A DNA stretch of 64,000 bases from Epiperipatus broadwayi (lineage: Eukaryota > Animalia > Onychophora), in NCBI GenBank assembly GCA_028023455.1, contig JAQFVV010000003.1:26598001-26662000 (forward strand), written 5' to 3'. Below the pieces are notes generated by a model. The model saw only the letters and a program-made list of their open reading frames with translations, had not been told where the DNA came from and made no database searches. The stretch's first letter is position 1. Every line of letters begins with the position of its first letter. A program made the position numbers and the translations under genes. Positions 40,771-55,140 of the stretch are shown here, one piece after another.

Positions 40771-41769
40771 ACACATTTTAGAATTATAGCAGAATGGTAG
40801 GTTTAGGATTAATTATCAACTGAATAAACTTAATGAAAAAAATTCTCAGCTTACTCAATTGTCAGGAGCTGTTTAGTGCTCATTCTGCTCCCAGAGTGCT
40901 CAAATAGCACATGATTTTATTAGCAACTATTTATATAATTATTTGCTTAATTAATCTCATAATCCAAACTACAAATTATGTATTTGTCATTCTGCTTCAC
41001 AAAGAAAACTTTATTATATTATTAATTACAACCTTTATAAATAGATGTGTATTGAAATGTGAAGAAATTAAGTCAAACTGTGATGATATGGTACTTTAAT
41101 ATAAATGGAAAGCTTAATTAATAAACTGAAACAGATGAAAAAAGACTGTATTCTAATAGATTTAGGTACAAAACCTTGATATTTTAAAAATTTACTTGAC
41201 CAAAAGCATCAACAGATAATATTGGATGTGAAGAAAAAAAATACATATCACACTTTTAAAAATCAATGAAATGGGAATGTACCCCTTCATCTGTTTAATA
41301 ACATAAAGTATACAAAAGCATAATATAATATTATTCTACTAGGTTGACTATAGAACAAAGGCTTATTTGGAATCTTTGGATTGTGTGTATTATTGAGAAA
41401 TGTATGCCAAATTTCATTCACAAATTTGAAATATAAATTTTACTCAAGATAATTATACATTGCTCAAAAGTGCTCTTTATATACTGACTAAAATATCAAA
41501 TGAGTTAATTCATTAAAGTCTCTTGTGGTTTTGTGATTAACGCTATTATATTTTGTCATGTCCATTATTTGGAGTTTAAATTTAGTAAAGAACTTGGAAT
41601 TTTTTTTAAGTGACTGATAATTGTTAAAGGTGCACAATTTTTTTTTTTTTTACATAGGCTATTTATTAATGAACTTAGCCAACCTAATATTGTTATAAAG
41701 TAAAGATTATAGAATAATGTGCAATGGTTTTATGAATGTTCATAAGATAAAAGAAAAAAAGTTAATATT

Positions 41770-42235
41770 ATAGAATAAGCCTGTGTTTCAGTTATTACAT
41801 TGTAGAGATGTCTACCCATCCTTGCATATGTATTAAATGGATTATGTCCTGTACATGTGGGGTTCAGATTGACCTTAGGTCAACATGGGTGTGACAAGAA
41901 TCTCGGCCTCAGGGTGATCTTCGAGCATTCCATCATCAGATTTTCAATTGGATGGACGGTTGAAGAGTTGGAGTGGGTACAAGATTGGAACTTGTCCATT
42001 AAAGTATGAGGATTGTCTATCTTAATATATATCTGAGCACTTATAGTATATATGTGTGGGAGATGATAATCTGGACCAACTTATGATTGCTGGTTTAGCA
42101 TGAAATACGTATATTGGTGATTATTTATCTTTTCAGCATATATGTGCTTGAGTGTATCCGTATTATTAGTTGGAGTGGAGAGTGATGGGCCATCTGAAAG
42201 TCTGTGCTGTTATACCCTATATATTATTATATTTA
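41770..42235 (+). mobile_element. Single family B monomer (~465 bp) with a mutated hammerhead at 42075-42118
   Basis: Collinear with the reverse complement of 60525-61000 and with 61138-61450 plus 62421-62509. Core reads CUUAUGA; helix III AUACGUAU and helix I ACCAA/UUGGU are intact. Confidence 0.85.
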
Positions 42236-42599
42236 ATACTAGAATGAACGGTGTTTTGCCCTACAAGAACTGAGATCAAACTTTATTTTTTAAAATAAAT
42301 ATTCATTTGAATATCTAATGCTAATGAGTTTACATTACATTTAAAAAATTGAAATTTAAAAACTCAAAGAGACACTTGTTAAATAAGATCATGCATAAAA
42401 TTTTTGTCATCATGTTCAATTACAATTAGTTTTTAAAGCATATATTATTGCAAATAAAAGATTAAATTATATTACATAATACATTTTACATGAGTTAATA
42501 TATGATATAACAATAATAATTTGTCTAAATAATTACAGTGGTCTCAGTACTTGGCTAAACTCCATTGAGCTGGAAAAATGTCAGCTTGGTCTCTGTTCT

Positions 42600-44750
42600 T
42601 TATTTTAGAAAGTTTGTTATGGAAAAGTGATTGAAGCTTCTGAGATGCCAGATTAAAATCAAAATGACATCTCAGAAACCATAGTGTACAAATTATAAAC
42701 TTAGTTATTTATATGTTAGGAAAAAGCCCACTATTTATACTGCTGATTAAATAAGTGAGAGGATGGATTTGAGATCTAGCAATTGAAATTATTATGTTTA
42801 GTATATTTGTAATGTTGAACAATTAATTATTAAGGAAATGTTATTATAGATTCTTCTTTCTTGTCACATAGAGAACTTATTATGTCTATATTTGCAAAAT
42901 ATCTTGTTGGGACTAGAAAGACATTGATAGGAAGGGCCTCAAGATTGAATTTAATTAAAAAATCAAATATTTTGGTTCCAAATATCAAAATTTAAATCTT
43001 TGAATCTATTTATTAGTAAATTTAAATCTAGATTGTGCCATGTTAATTAGTTCTTTTTTATGTATTATTATATATGTATCCCAGTATTTAATTTTTCTTG
43101 CAAATAATTTTTGATCTCTTGCAGCATATTTAGCTATGGATGTGATTAATCCTTTAGTGAAAGGATTTTTTATTGGTGATGGAGTATCCAATGGATTAAT
43201 CAATATGAAGTTTAGCACGCGATGGGATAAATTAATAACCAGGTGATATTATTTATAGTTCTCTGAACATAATATATTGAGATGCAGTGTAATGATAGTC
43301 CATTGTGTTTGGCATGCTTTTACATTGATTTGGTAGTAATTGATGCTATTTTTTAAAATTCCAGATCAATTTATTGCATAATGAATTTATTTTTTTCATA
43401 AAAAATGTAGTGTATTTGATGTTAGGCATATAATAGGACGTTTTTGAGAAAATCAAAATATTGATAAGAAATACTTTTGCATGTATAGACAAATATGCTT
43501 TGGATAATAAATTAATTGTATTTCCTATAGAGATAAGGAGTTTACTTTGGATTTCAGATCTCATAGCATTTGTAGAAAGATAAATGAGTAAACCTAAGAA
43601 TTTTTGTGGTAAAGCAGTGAAAGGAGAGTTTATTTAATTACCTGAGAGAATGTTCCAGGAAGAGGATTTGTCTTTGCTGGATTTGAAATAATAGATATCT
43701 GTATAATTGTTTAGAATGTCAATTAGTTGATATATATATATATATATTGATAATGATAAGATGATTAAGTCATCCATATATTGCTAAGTGATTAATTGTT
43801 TGATATATAAAAGAGTTATAAATTCTTAGAAGTTTATTCTGGATGCTTAATGTAAGTCAGAAGTGAGCATAAGGCGAACTTTGTGGTATAGAGTGGTTTG
43901 GGGAGAAACTGTGTGAGGTTTGTCCATTCAGTGTAATGTGAATGTGTCTGTTATTGATTAAGTCTGCTAATATGTAGAGAATAAAAGTAGATATATTATG
44001 TTCTTTAAGGATTTATAGGAGTTTGTTAATATGAACTGAATCAAAGGCTGCAGTGATATCAAGTTGCACTGCAATAGGTCTTGATTTTTTAAAATGCTTG
44101 ACATCACCTATATTTATTTTAAAAAGCATAATTGCAGCAGAGGCAACAATCTTTTTTTCTCAATTAAAAACTTGATAGATGGGGGAGAATGAGATGTTCA
44201 ATCTTATCTTTTATTAATGATTTTATAGTTTTAATTAAAATGGGAGTCATTGAGATAGATCGATGATTTTAAGCAGTGATAGGATTACATTTTTTTTTTA
44301 AGGAAAAATACTTTTGCAACAGGATACAGCTGATCTATATTATAGATTTCATATGAAAGGTAGTTAAGTATATTTTGAATAATAGATATTGGGAAGTGAT
44401 TGAGATGTGCAAATATAAATTTGAGAATTGCATGTGATCCTGGGTGTGTGTATACTGTTAGGAAAAGATTCTAATTTAAATAGGATATTCTGATTTGTAA
44501 TGTTATGTTTTTCTAATTCAATTGCAATTATCAGTTAAAGTTTTATTTTAATTCATCATTTTCAGGGTCTCAAAAATTATTCATTCTCAATGATTTTTCC
44601 AGAACAAAATATTTAGAAGTTTATTAACCTATCAAAATTTATAATTTTTAGGTTCCAGTAATTTAATTGTATTCAGTAATTTAAAACAACTTATTTTCAT
44701 CAAATAAAGTATAATTATTCACCTTTTTTTAAATTAAATTATTTTTTTAA
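42600..44750 (-). mobile_element. Degenerate non-LTR retrotransposon RT region (L1/Tx1-like C-terminal part; clade uncertain)
   Basis: Minus peptides NHRSISMTPIL, AVQLDITAAFDSV, QYMDDLIIL and LSIHAKVFLINILIFSKTSY...KKINSLCNKLIW. Confidence 0.75.
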
Positions 44751-45486
44751 TCATGATTTATATCATAGCTTTGTATTTTAGAGATTTCAGGAGAATTTCA
44801 ATTTTCACTAAGTAGCAATTGTATCTGGATTTTCAGGCTTAATACTTATTTAGACATTTTGTTTTATTTTAATCCTTTATAATATAATTTTGTATAAACA
44901 TTTAAATTTATAACTCATGGCAATTGTACCCTAAATACCATAAATCTTTCTTATTTAAAAATTTTATTATTTAATATCACTCATCTGATCTCTGTCAATC
45001 AATAGAAAAAGGAAATCACAAATTCTGTTCTGTAGATGTATGACACACAAATTAATATTCAGATAGTTAATGGGTTAGTTATGGTTCAGTTGCCAGAAAA
45101 AAAATATATTTAAAAAGTTCCAGGTTTTAATTTTAGGATAAGGATATAGCAAGTTAAAAGACAGCATTAAAATGTTTACATTTTATTAACTTTATTTTTC
45201 ATCATATGCAATCACATTAATATAGAAATAAGAACATTTTGAGGAATCATAGAACATTGTGATGTAGGAGATCATTAATGTTTATAATTTAATTCTAAAA
45301 TTTGAAAGAAAAAATTGTGTTAAAAGTATGACATTTAATGACAAACTACAAATGATGATGATCATTTGATCATAATAAATATTTTATTTTAATTATTGTC
45401 TTTGCTCCTGGACAAAAAACTTCACATATATGGAAAATACATACATTATGATTTATATTATTCGGATCACGTTGTAGCCAAGTTTT

Positions 45487-46430
45487 TATTCAATCAATCA
45501 ATCAGTAGTATTCTGTCCAATAGACAGGTCCAGAGAATAGTAACAACATCAATTCATCCATTCTTTCATTCCATTCTCTTCCTTGCCTATTTCTTCAATT
45601 CCACATAAGTCTTCCCAACTCTTATATCAGGCGTGGCCAACTTTTGTGTTCATAAGATCTACTTTTTATTTTTAAAATGTGTTGCGATCGACTTGTTGTC
45701 ATAGGTGTAGTCTAAGTGGAAGGAAGTGTGAAATGCATACTATTTTTATATATCTATCTGTAAAAAATAACAATTATTTAATAGGCCAAAAAGCTCATAT
45801 CCTGGGAAATTAAAGCAACACTGAGTAATTATTAACAATATTTATTAATTCAAATTAGCTACATTAAGTCAAGATTAAAAATATTATTTTCAATAATAAT
45901 AGGATTTAGTGGACTTCACCTATCTAGAATTGGAAAAAAATTTAGAACAAAAACAAAAATAATAAAAAATGTTGAAAATGTTGACTTAATTTATTCCATT
46001 CATAACCCAACAGCTTTTGACAGATTGGCCTTGCGATCGACCAAAATTGGGTTCACAATCAACCAGTGGATCACGATCAACTTGTTGGCCACCCCTGTCT
46101 TATATCATCCAATAATGTCAATCTCTTCCATCTTTTTTTTTTATTTTCACTCACCATTCCCTCCAAAACATCTTTCATTAAACTATAATTTCTTCTTAAT
46201 ATATGTCCAATCCAGTTTCTCTTTCTCTGATATTCTCAATCAATCTTCTTTCTTCATTTACTCTTCAAAACTTCATTTGTTATTTTACTCATTCAACTGA
46301 TTTTTTCCATTCTTCTCCATGTTCACATCTCAAAGGCTTCCAATTGATTCTTAATTCTATTACTCAATGTCCATGTCTCACAACCATACATTAATACACT
46401 CTACATATAACATTTGATTAATTATTATAA
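45487..46430 (-). mobile_element. 3' end of a second RTE-type LINE with (TGAT)n tail, split by a hAT MITE
   Basis: VLMYGCETWTLS...LEAFEM*TWRRMEKIS...NWIGHILRR...LEG on minus; tcaatcaatcaatca tail at ~45490-45504. Confidence 0.8.
45628..46097. mobile_element. hAT (Buster/Charlie-type) MITE, 470 bp
   Basis: TIRs caggcgtggccaac / gttggccacccctg (13 of 14 match). Perfect 8-bp TSD tcttatat (45620-45627 / 46098-46105) with central TA. Subterminal gcgatcgac-like motifs. Confidence 0.92.
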
Positions 46431-47749
46431 AATCAAAATAAATCCATATAATTTTTCTTTTTTTTTGTTTATAAGTGTATTTCTTTTTGTGACACTGTCA
46501 AAATAAATATATTAATAATTATTAGTTTTCATTTATTAGGTTAGAAATTATCACATTCTTTCTAGACCAGATTTAACCTTTAAATCTCTGTTAAAGATTT
46601 ATATATCTATTGTTTAATTGAACATAAACTCATTGAATAATTCAGTGTCATTTTTCTTTTTCCCATATAATATTTTTTTCATATACACTTAAAACTTCCA
46701 CCCCATTGCATTCATGCACAATTATGCACACTTCATTCTTTATTTGAAATTAAATATTAAATGTGTTGCAGTTTTATTTATTTTGTTGTCTTACTTTGAA
46801 TTAAATTAGTTTAAATAGGGAAGAAAGTTACATATTTATAACTTACTTTTTTGTTAGCAAAAATTTAAGAGTTCTTTGAATAATATATAGTCTTATGATT
46901 TGAGAAAGAAGCTCTGAGAAAAGTACTTGTTATTGTACTGAAACATCTGCTATTTAGCTATTATATATTTTTATTGCATGGAAACTCCTGAAAATAATAC
47001 TATATATACATTTTCAAAAACAATATCTAGATTGAATTGTAAATTATAATAATCAAATGATTGATTACTTATGGGATCTTAGAATGTCCAAGCATCCGAA
47101 ATGATAGATTAGATTGTACTAGGATTTAGATTTCCACTTCCCAAGTCTGCCACTCTTTCACAGTGTTAAATTTTTCAAGTGAATATTTAAATATTGATTA
47201 CATCTAGAATCAATAAAAATTTAATGGCTATAACAATCAACTCATGGATTTTTTTCATGATTTACTATTCTCTACCAACATTCATTTCAATAAAATGATT
47301 CTAATACAATATTAAAGGCAAGCTTTTATACTAATTGCATTTAGAGTAATTAATTGATTTAGCCAAAATATAAATTTTTATACAAAAGCTTTGATTATAT
47401 CTGGTCTTATCCCTAAATCTAAGCAGAATTACATCTTTCCTCTCTAATAAATTTTTATGTAAAAGATCCCTGTCTCTTTTTTATATATATTTTTCTTTTT
47501 GTATGTTGTCATAATTTATAGCAATCATATCAATAGAAAAATATTCAAGAACGCTTGATAATTCCAATATCAAATAAGATATTCCAGCCTCAAGTGTATT
47601 CATAAGAAAATGCTAGTGGATGAATCAGAGCCAGAATTTATGGTTTAACCAAAATATGATAAAATAGACTGATTTTATATCATAAAGAAGTTTAATAGTA
47701 CTTTTTCTTTTTTTCTATCTTTTCAACTGAATATAGCATCTAAGTAAAG

Positions 47750-48170
47750 AAGCTATATTAGAAGATGAGTTATATATTTAGGATTGGAAGAAAAAATATC
47801 AAGAAACTCACTAGTAAACTATTTATTGAAATGTTGAAGAATAACGTGAACATAAGGAATTACTGCTAATTGTGAAGATAACAAAAGATAGCAGTTAACC
47901 TTAAGTATGATACAAAGTCAAAGAACTCATTGGCAGTTTGTACTAGGGTTTTTGGATCATCTAGTTAGTAATAACAAACAATACAATATTTAAATAATTT
48001 ATTAGAGGTTCACATGGGCAGAGAAGCATGAAATAAAATCTTTATATCAGAATTGTTAAATCCATGATATTTCCAATGATTATTTATCATTATGGAAGTT
48101 GGTACTGAAAAAACATGGGAAGAAAAGTTTGATATATACTTTAAAAATATCAGAAATATCCTTTAAAAAA
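47750..48170 (+). mobile_element. Highly degenerate RTE (BovB-like) post-RT remnant
   Basis: MGREA and RIVKSMIFPMIIYHYGSW...EEKFD resemble LGRKAM / RLVKAMVFPVVMYGCESW...RRIDAF. Confidence 0.45.
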
Positions 48171-51100
48171 GGCTGAATTTTTATTTCAATCACAAATGGC
48201 CAAATGAAAATTACCTTATGTTCTCATCATCTTCATTTTTTGCTGTAATTGCATTGTTTCCATCTACTACTTAGTTTCTTTAATGAGTGTCTTCAGGTGT
48301 TTATTTTTTTGTCTTTAAAGCTGTGATGTTTTGTATACTAATAGGGTAATGAACCGGAGAGCATCAACTTCTCAAATTGAAACTCAACTTAGTATTTCTG
48401 GTTTCTAATGTCACATGATCTTCTAAGCATTCTATTTCTTAATTGTATGAGTATGTCAAATGTTGATGTGATTTTTTTTTTACTTCTCAAATCCATATTT
48501 GCTTTTTCACGTATGCATTCTCAAACTATACTGTACATTCAAGATGCACAAGTCTATTACTATTTAAAAATATGAAAATCTTTCTAACTTCTTGGCAACA
48601 TGAAACCAGATTATTTTATGAAAATAAAATTAACATAAGAATAGTTTACTAGACAGCAGTATATTGTCATAAATGTTGGAGAAAAAAAACGATTATAGTT
48701 GGATTATATTATGACCATAACTATGACTTTGAAAATCTTTAAAAAGCCATGGATTAAATACCTTTATATATGATTTGCCATTTATTTGGGTTTTTTTTAA
48801 AGCATCATCTTGAGAACATAATAGTAATATAAAGAATTTATGATTATCTATAACTGGATTTTGCAAGAGGAAAAATACACCCCACCCCCCATTATTACAT
48901 ACCGTAAATAGAAAGAAACTGAATTTATAAAATCACGCTTTATCACATTTATATTAAAAATTGTATAAAGTATTGTATTTTAAATCATTAAAGTAATCTT
49001 TTATTCTATAAATAATGTCAATGCTAAATTGGAAAATAAATGAAAGCATTAATGGAAAGACATGTTTATTTTTAAGTGAAACTGGTTGAGAGAGATAAAA
49101 CTAAAAATAAGCTGTCATTTCCATTAATAATAAACTCATTTCATTCTTTTATTGGTGTAATTTAGTTTTATAAATTTTTTCTTTAGCCAGTTTTCTCTGA
49201 GACTAGTCGGGATTCATTGAAACTTTAAACTCTTATGAACTCACTGTTTTGTTTGTTTGTTTGTTTTTTTCAACTATACCATATTGATTAAATGAATTGT
49301 GATTGTTCAATATAATAAATTATTAGTTGAAAGTGAAATGGTTAAATATATATATTTTTCAAAATAGAAATTGTAATTTTTTAAAAATTGTTTGTCAACA
49401 TCCAAATATAATTTAGTAATGTATTCACTATTGTTAACTTTTATATCTGCAATTTAGACAGATATTAAAAAAGCAATCCACATGTCAAAATATGGAGGAT
49501 TAATAAGGAATCAAAAGCAAAGTTCTTAGCTGAAAAACCAAACAGACAACACTGCTATCATCATTAAGAGAATAAAAGAGTTAATATGAAACTGGGATGA
49601 ACATATAAATGGACACTGAGATCTAGTAAGAAATTATATATAACACGCATGAGTGAAACAGGAAAGATTTCTACTAGAGTAATAATGAAGAAGATAAGTT
49701 ATCACTCAGAAGTACTGGCATGAATTCTGATCTTCATTTTGTTGAAGTAATTATACGTTTAGTTGTTCATGATGACTTATGATAATGGCAGATTGAACAT
49801 TTAATACTTTCATTCAAGTGAATTTACTTTATTTAAATTTCTCACCGGAGAATCACTTATGTAACCTTTAACTGTAATCTGTGCCAAACAGCACAGATGA
49901 AAAAACGATGATGATTAATATTTTGTTTTGTTTTTAATGTAAAGTTATTTTAATGACGTTTTTGAAATTCAGATTATGGTAATAGTGAATGAAAAATTAT
50001 ATAATAAATGTAAATTTTCTTTTGTTTTAAATTTTTTGTTATTATTAATATGAGTAAATTTTAGTAATTTTCTTATTTAAATAATAATCTATGGATTTCT
50101 ATTATAACAAACTTTTAGAATGAATTTGCATATTCTCTGATTTTGTTTTAATTATAATAATAAATGGATTTTACCATTTTATGAAGAATTATTTTTAAAT
50201 AATAATAAATGTTTGGAAATTATATATATATTTTAAAAAATTATCTAAGTTTTTAAACGTTTGCAGGATTGATCCTTTTGCAATATTTAGACTACTCAAA
50301 GAAGAGGCACTAATAAATGTGATCATTAATATTTCATCTATTAATAACAGTTTTACAGTTAGTATTAACTTTGGTGAAGAAGATTAATAAAATTTTAGCA
50401 CAGATAATTGTAAGAATTGGTATGATAATATGAAAGTTGAAAAGAAAAAAATATATAGAATAAAAATGTAACTGATATATAAAAACAAATGGTGATACAT
50501 GAAAACAAATGGCATATTTAAGTCAGAAAATAAATAATAGCAGGTGGAACCCTTGCTTATATTTAAGACCAGGTAAGAAAAAAATTAAGTGGAATGGTGT
50601 AAAAGATAGAAAATATATGTTGTGTAATGGTAAGGTGGAAAATCCAAATAAATGTAGAATGTATGATTATAGAAAGAAAATTGAAATTAGAAGTTTGGAA
50701 TATATTTATAGAAATGAGAATTGGGAGAGGAGTTGAGTTAGATATCTCAAAGATTATATTGGAAAATGGAGGGGAAGGGTACCTAACAATATGATGACTA
50801 ATATTTCTGATTTAAAATATTAAATGGTATTGACATCAATTTAAGATAGACATTGAGAATTTACATTTCCATTGAAAAAAGTTTAGAGTTTTTTGGAAAA
50901 TCACTGTGTTTAGCACACTAGGACCTCATCAATCTTTTTTCTGTATCAAAATCAACATGTTATGCACACAGGCTTTAGTAATTTTTGATGTCATAGTTAA
51001 AGAATAATAAGTATGAATTTGTCTAAGGATCAGCCTTTCCAGTATTATATCTAGATCTGAATAGTTTCATTACTATCATGAATCATATTACTGACACATT

Positions 51101-52049
51101 CATTCACTCTCTTGAATGACTTTTCATTCTTTCCCATGGGTCCTCCGCCATATATATGAATGCAAATTGCCTTACAGAAAAAGTATTAAAAGCTATTAAG
51201 ATTATATTTACTAAATAATACATATTGAAACAGTAAGGTCTGCTTTGCAGATCTTCGTTTCACCTTTTCTCACCTATTTCCTACCCTCATACCTTAGTTT
51301 GAACCCCAATCTATCGTAGTGTGTCTGCAATATGCTTATATACCGAAAATCCCGCCTAATTTTAAACCACGAGCACAATGCTTGTATTATATATATATAA
51401 CTCATTCCCAAATAAAATAAAATATGATGGATTATGTATATGTTCACATAATTTTGATTTATTAAAAAGTAGGTTATATAAGTCGTAATTGCGCACACAC
51501 TATGATATGCATTTTAAAACATATCAAAATTATAAATTGTTAAAGTTATTTTGTTTGAATCTATTTACAAATATATTACCGCCGTAATATATTTTTGATT
51601 TAAAATAAAATTCATTTGGTAAATATTCATTTAGTAAATGGATTCAAATATTGCAATTGAAAAGTAAAATAATTTCGTTTAATTTAATAAAAGTCATTCC
51701 AAATATTTCTGTTAAAATAAATGAGGGACACTAGTTTAATTAGTTAATGTTATATAAGTTTATCTAAAAACAGTAGATGTCCATTTAAGGTTTTCTTTAA
51801 TTAATAAAAGTAATTTTTAATTAAATCTAGTTTGTAATTCGAATGTCGACAGGGAAATTAACAAAAGAAATTAATTAATGTTGAATTCCTTTAGACATTC
51901 GGATAGATTTAAATACAGCTGATAAGTCCGATATATTTTTGTAACGCTCCAGGGCAGTTCTATTGTTAATTTCTACTATAAAAAGGAGGGTTTTCTTTTG
52001 TTCTCCATTCTAATGTTTCTAAGAGAAATCATTCTGAGGTCTAATGTTT

Positions 52050-52258
52050 CTAACCAAAATTATTGTAGTAATTTGTAAATCTTGACATGACTGAGTAGAG
52101 CGCAAGAAGGCTATTTCTCTCCGGAATGGTCATATGCTGCCGTAGATCATCGGAAGTTATCACATAAGGAACCCCAGAATTGCTGCTGCTGCCAAAAATA
52201 TGAACATTTCCAGATTTTGCTGTTAAATTATATAAAAACCTGCCGACCATCAATCTAC
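52050..52258 (-). CDS. Candidate terminal exon of a small unidentified ORF
   Basis: Acceptor gcatttttag| at 52259, open frame RLMVGRFLYNLTAKSGNVHIFG...PERNSLLALYSVMSRF...* (ORF-track 52050-52253). Phase-compatible with the donor at 52773. Confidence 0.35.
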
Positions 52259-52773
52259 CTAAAAATGCTTCTCCAGAGGTAACCCTAAATTAACCCAAGA
52301 GCTCTTGTGATAACTAACATGCTATAGCTATTTTAAATTGTTTTCTTATATTTCACATAACATCATTATGTATTTCTTTTAAATATAATCAACATTTTGC
52401 TCTCTATCCTTGGGTTAATATTTTCTATTGCTTAAGCTTTCTGTTATTTTATTATGATAATGTGTCAGAATCATCTTTGACCAAGTGAATTATTCCTTTT
52501 TGTTGAAAATAAGACGCCGCTATGAAGGCATATTTTAAATTTTTAAATAATTTTCCAATTTTATTATCTTGCAAATCACTCGTTCGAGGGTGATTCTTTT
52601 CTTTAATATATAATATAATCACATAGTTTAAAATCTACATGTTATTGATTTTAATCTAATATGAGAGTATGTGCGAGGTCAATGATGAAATGTGTCCCCT
52701 AATGCATGATTGCGTATATAAATCTATACTTACTTTTCAAACCCGCAAGCATGCATTTTCCTATTTTAATTAC

Positions 52774-52915
52774 CGTGTTCGACTTTAATTACAAAGTTCA
52801 TCATTGACGTCGAGAATGTGCAGACCCTTTTAAATGAATTTCTGGGAATTTGATTGGGCATTTCTCTTAATCCAAGTAAAACCCATTCAGCATGTTTTAT
52901 GTACACTAGTCTCAT
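52774..52915 (-). CDS. Candidate upstream exon of the same ORF (MRLVYIKHAEWVLLGLREMPNQIPRNSFKRVCTFSTSMMNFVIKVEH)
   Basis: ATG at 52915, 142-nt open frame, donor G|GTAATT at 52773. Confidence 0.3.
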
Positions 52916-55088
52916 ATTGCTGATAAATGAATTGGTTGTTGAGACCGCTTTGTTTTAATTTTCCAAGGATTCTTTACATGGCCAAGGCCATTCTCTTCGT
53001 TTCTTGCGGGAATTAAATGCAATCGTCACCCAGTCGTTAAGTTTTGATTGTTCATAAAAGTACTTTCCTACGGGTTAGTGGTGAGATGCCCTCCGTAATC
53101 ATTCCAGATATTCAATATTGTTTTATTTTATATTTATTTTACAAAGCATCCGTGACTTAAACGTGTCACACCCTCCAACTTTAATAAATTCATTATCAGC
53201 AATACTGACCTCCCAATGTAACTTTATTATTATTATTATCGAATAAATGCTTTGATCAGATCCCCACTTTATTGCTTAGTAAGCTTTTGTCCGTGCCATT
53301 CTCGAGATCAATAAACATTATATAACCCGTAATATAAAATATTTTATTAAACTGTTATAATTACTAAAAGCACCTCGCACGTGTTCTTATCTCATCAAGC
53401 ACATTATTGTAATGCTATTAGCCCAAGGAATAGAATATATCACTTTGCTTTAAAACCTTTTTGTCATTTATTGGAATATAATGCCCACAATTATTTAATA
53501 TGCATCCCTGTCTCATATAAGCAGACAGTGGCGTTATATATATATATTATATAAATAAATTTTGTGAAATTATTTAAAACTAAATTTGATCTCTTATTTT
53601 ATTTGATTCCTATCACTGTCTCGGTCCATATATATATTTTCTGTATTTCTTTTGTAAATCCATAAACGTTAATTAGCCACCCAAACTTCTTTTAGTATAG
53701 AGTCTTTTGTTTCTCCCTGACCACCAGGCACCGGTCAAAGGTTATACTAGTAGTGGCATCAGATGCGTTGTCACGTATATGGCGCTGTGAAATTTAGACT
53801 TTAGATTCGAGATTAGTATATCTAGAAGGCAACCCCTCCTAGAATGTTCAGTTTTGGGTCTGGGGTTTGAATTCTGCAGTGTGTTAGCGAGATAGACGAT
53901 TCTGACTGTTACAATATATACCTGCTAAATCAAGATTTTCTTTTTAAATGGTCAACTAAGAATCTTTCTAACAATGAAATAATTTTTTCAAAAGAAGTGG
54001 GTTTTTTGTGAGATCTCGGGTTATTTTTTTATCCCAGATTCAACATTAAAACCAACTAAGATATGATTTACTTTCATATTATAGAAGTCTTATCGGCAAA
54101 TTCAAAATCATATATATCCAACATGCTTAGCTTCTTTAAAAATGAAATTTACCATACTATGATGTATGTGGTACACAATGTCAAAAATAGAGTCAAATAT
54201 TCAGAAGTTCTCATTGAAAGAATTATTATATTATTCAAAGATTAGTGAAAGCTAAGAAATAAAAAGGAAAGAAAATTCAGCTTATTTAAAATAAAAAAGA
54301 GGTCTATATTATTTTTGAAGAGTTGAATATTATAATTAAAAGGAGAGATCACTTGATAATGAGGAATTCCACATATAAACAGCATAAAGAAGGAAGCTTA
54401 AGGAAATTTGAAGTCAACTATATGTTAAGAACACTGTAAGAATGTTTAATCAGTAAGTGTTTTATAGAAGTAAATATTAAAGAGCAAAAGCATCTTTAGG
54501 GGGAATCATTTAATAATTGTGGACATTGATTGAAAAGATCATTATAATTTAGATGTTTTCTGATGGATGAAGAAAGTTGTTGTATGCTAGATATGATAAC
54601 ACTAATAGAAATTGTATTTGGACTTTTATATAAGATAGAAAGAGATAGAGGAATAAGGATTAATTTTCAGCCTTAAAAAAATCATGATTATTTGTATTAA
54701 GAGCAGTAATCAATTCTTACCACTATACCCAAGCATCATCTATTGTAAGTTTGAGTTATTAATGGATATCAGATGATAGTATGTGTATAAGAAGTACTGG
54801 AATGCAAATAAAAAATCCAGCAGATATCTTTTTTTTTTCTTTTTTTTTTTTTTGCTATCCAAGTTCATGGCAACAATTTTAAATGGCAGTTTTTAATCTA
54901 CAACAACTTGCTTGAATTGTGTGTAGTTGTTGGTAGAAGATTAGTAATTAACATATTTTAGTGATTTCAGTGTTAATTATAGGTATATTTGATTTTTCTG
55001 GAAAATGTTGGCATGTAGCAGAAAAAGCATCTCATGATTTTCACATATTCAACATCTTCATTAAAGCTAGGAAATCACTTTATTCTAG

Positions 55089-55140
55089 GAAATCACTTTA
55101 TTCAAGAACCATCTATCTTCAGCAAATATAATCAGTGGAT
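55089..55140 (+). CDS. Candidate short exon (GNHFIQEPSIFSKYNQW)
   Basis: Acceptor tattctag|, open frame, perfect donor GTAAGT at 55141; an 18-bp tandem duplication spans the acceptor. Confidence 0.25.

Larger units (their letters stand above)
51250..53950. promoter_or_regulatory. 2.7-kb CpG-retaining region (unmethylated promoter/5' region or young insertion)
   Basis: Dozens of CpGs against near absence in the flanks; no terminal repeats found. Confidence 0.45.

Noticed and set aside
49500-54760. Faint RTE-like remnants at ~49500-49700, ~50500-50780 and ~54550-54700
   Set aside because: Only short motif-like peptides (e.g. IIKRIKEL..NW.EHI); too decayed to delimit.
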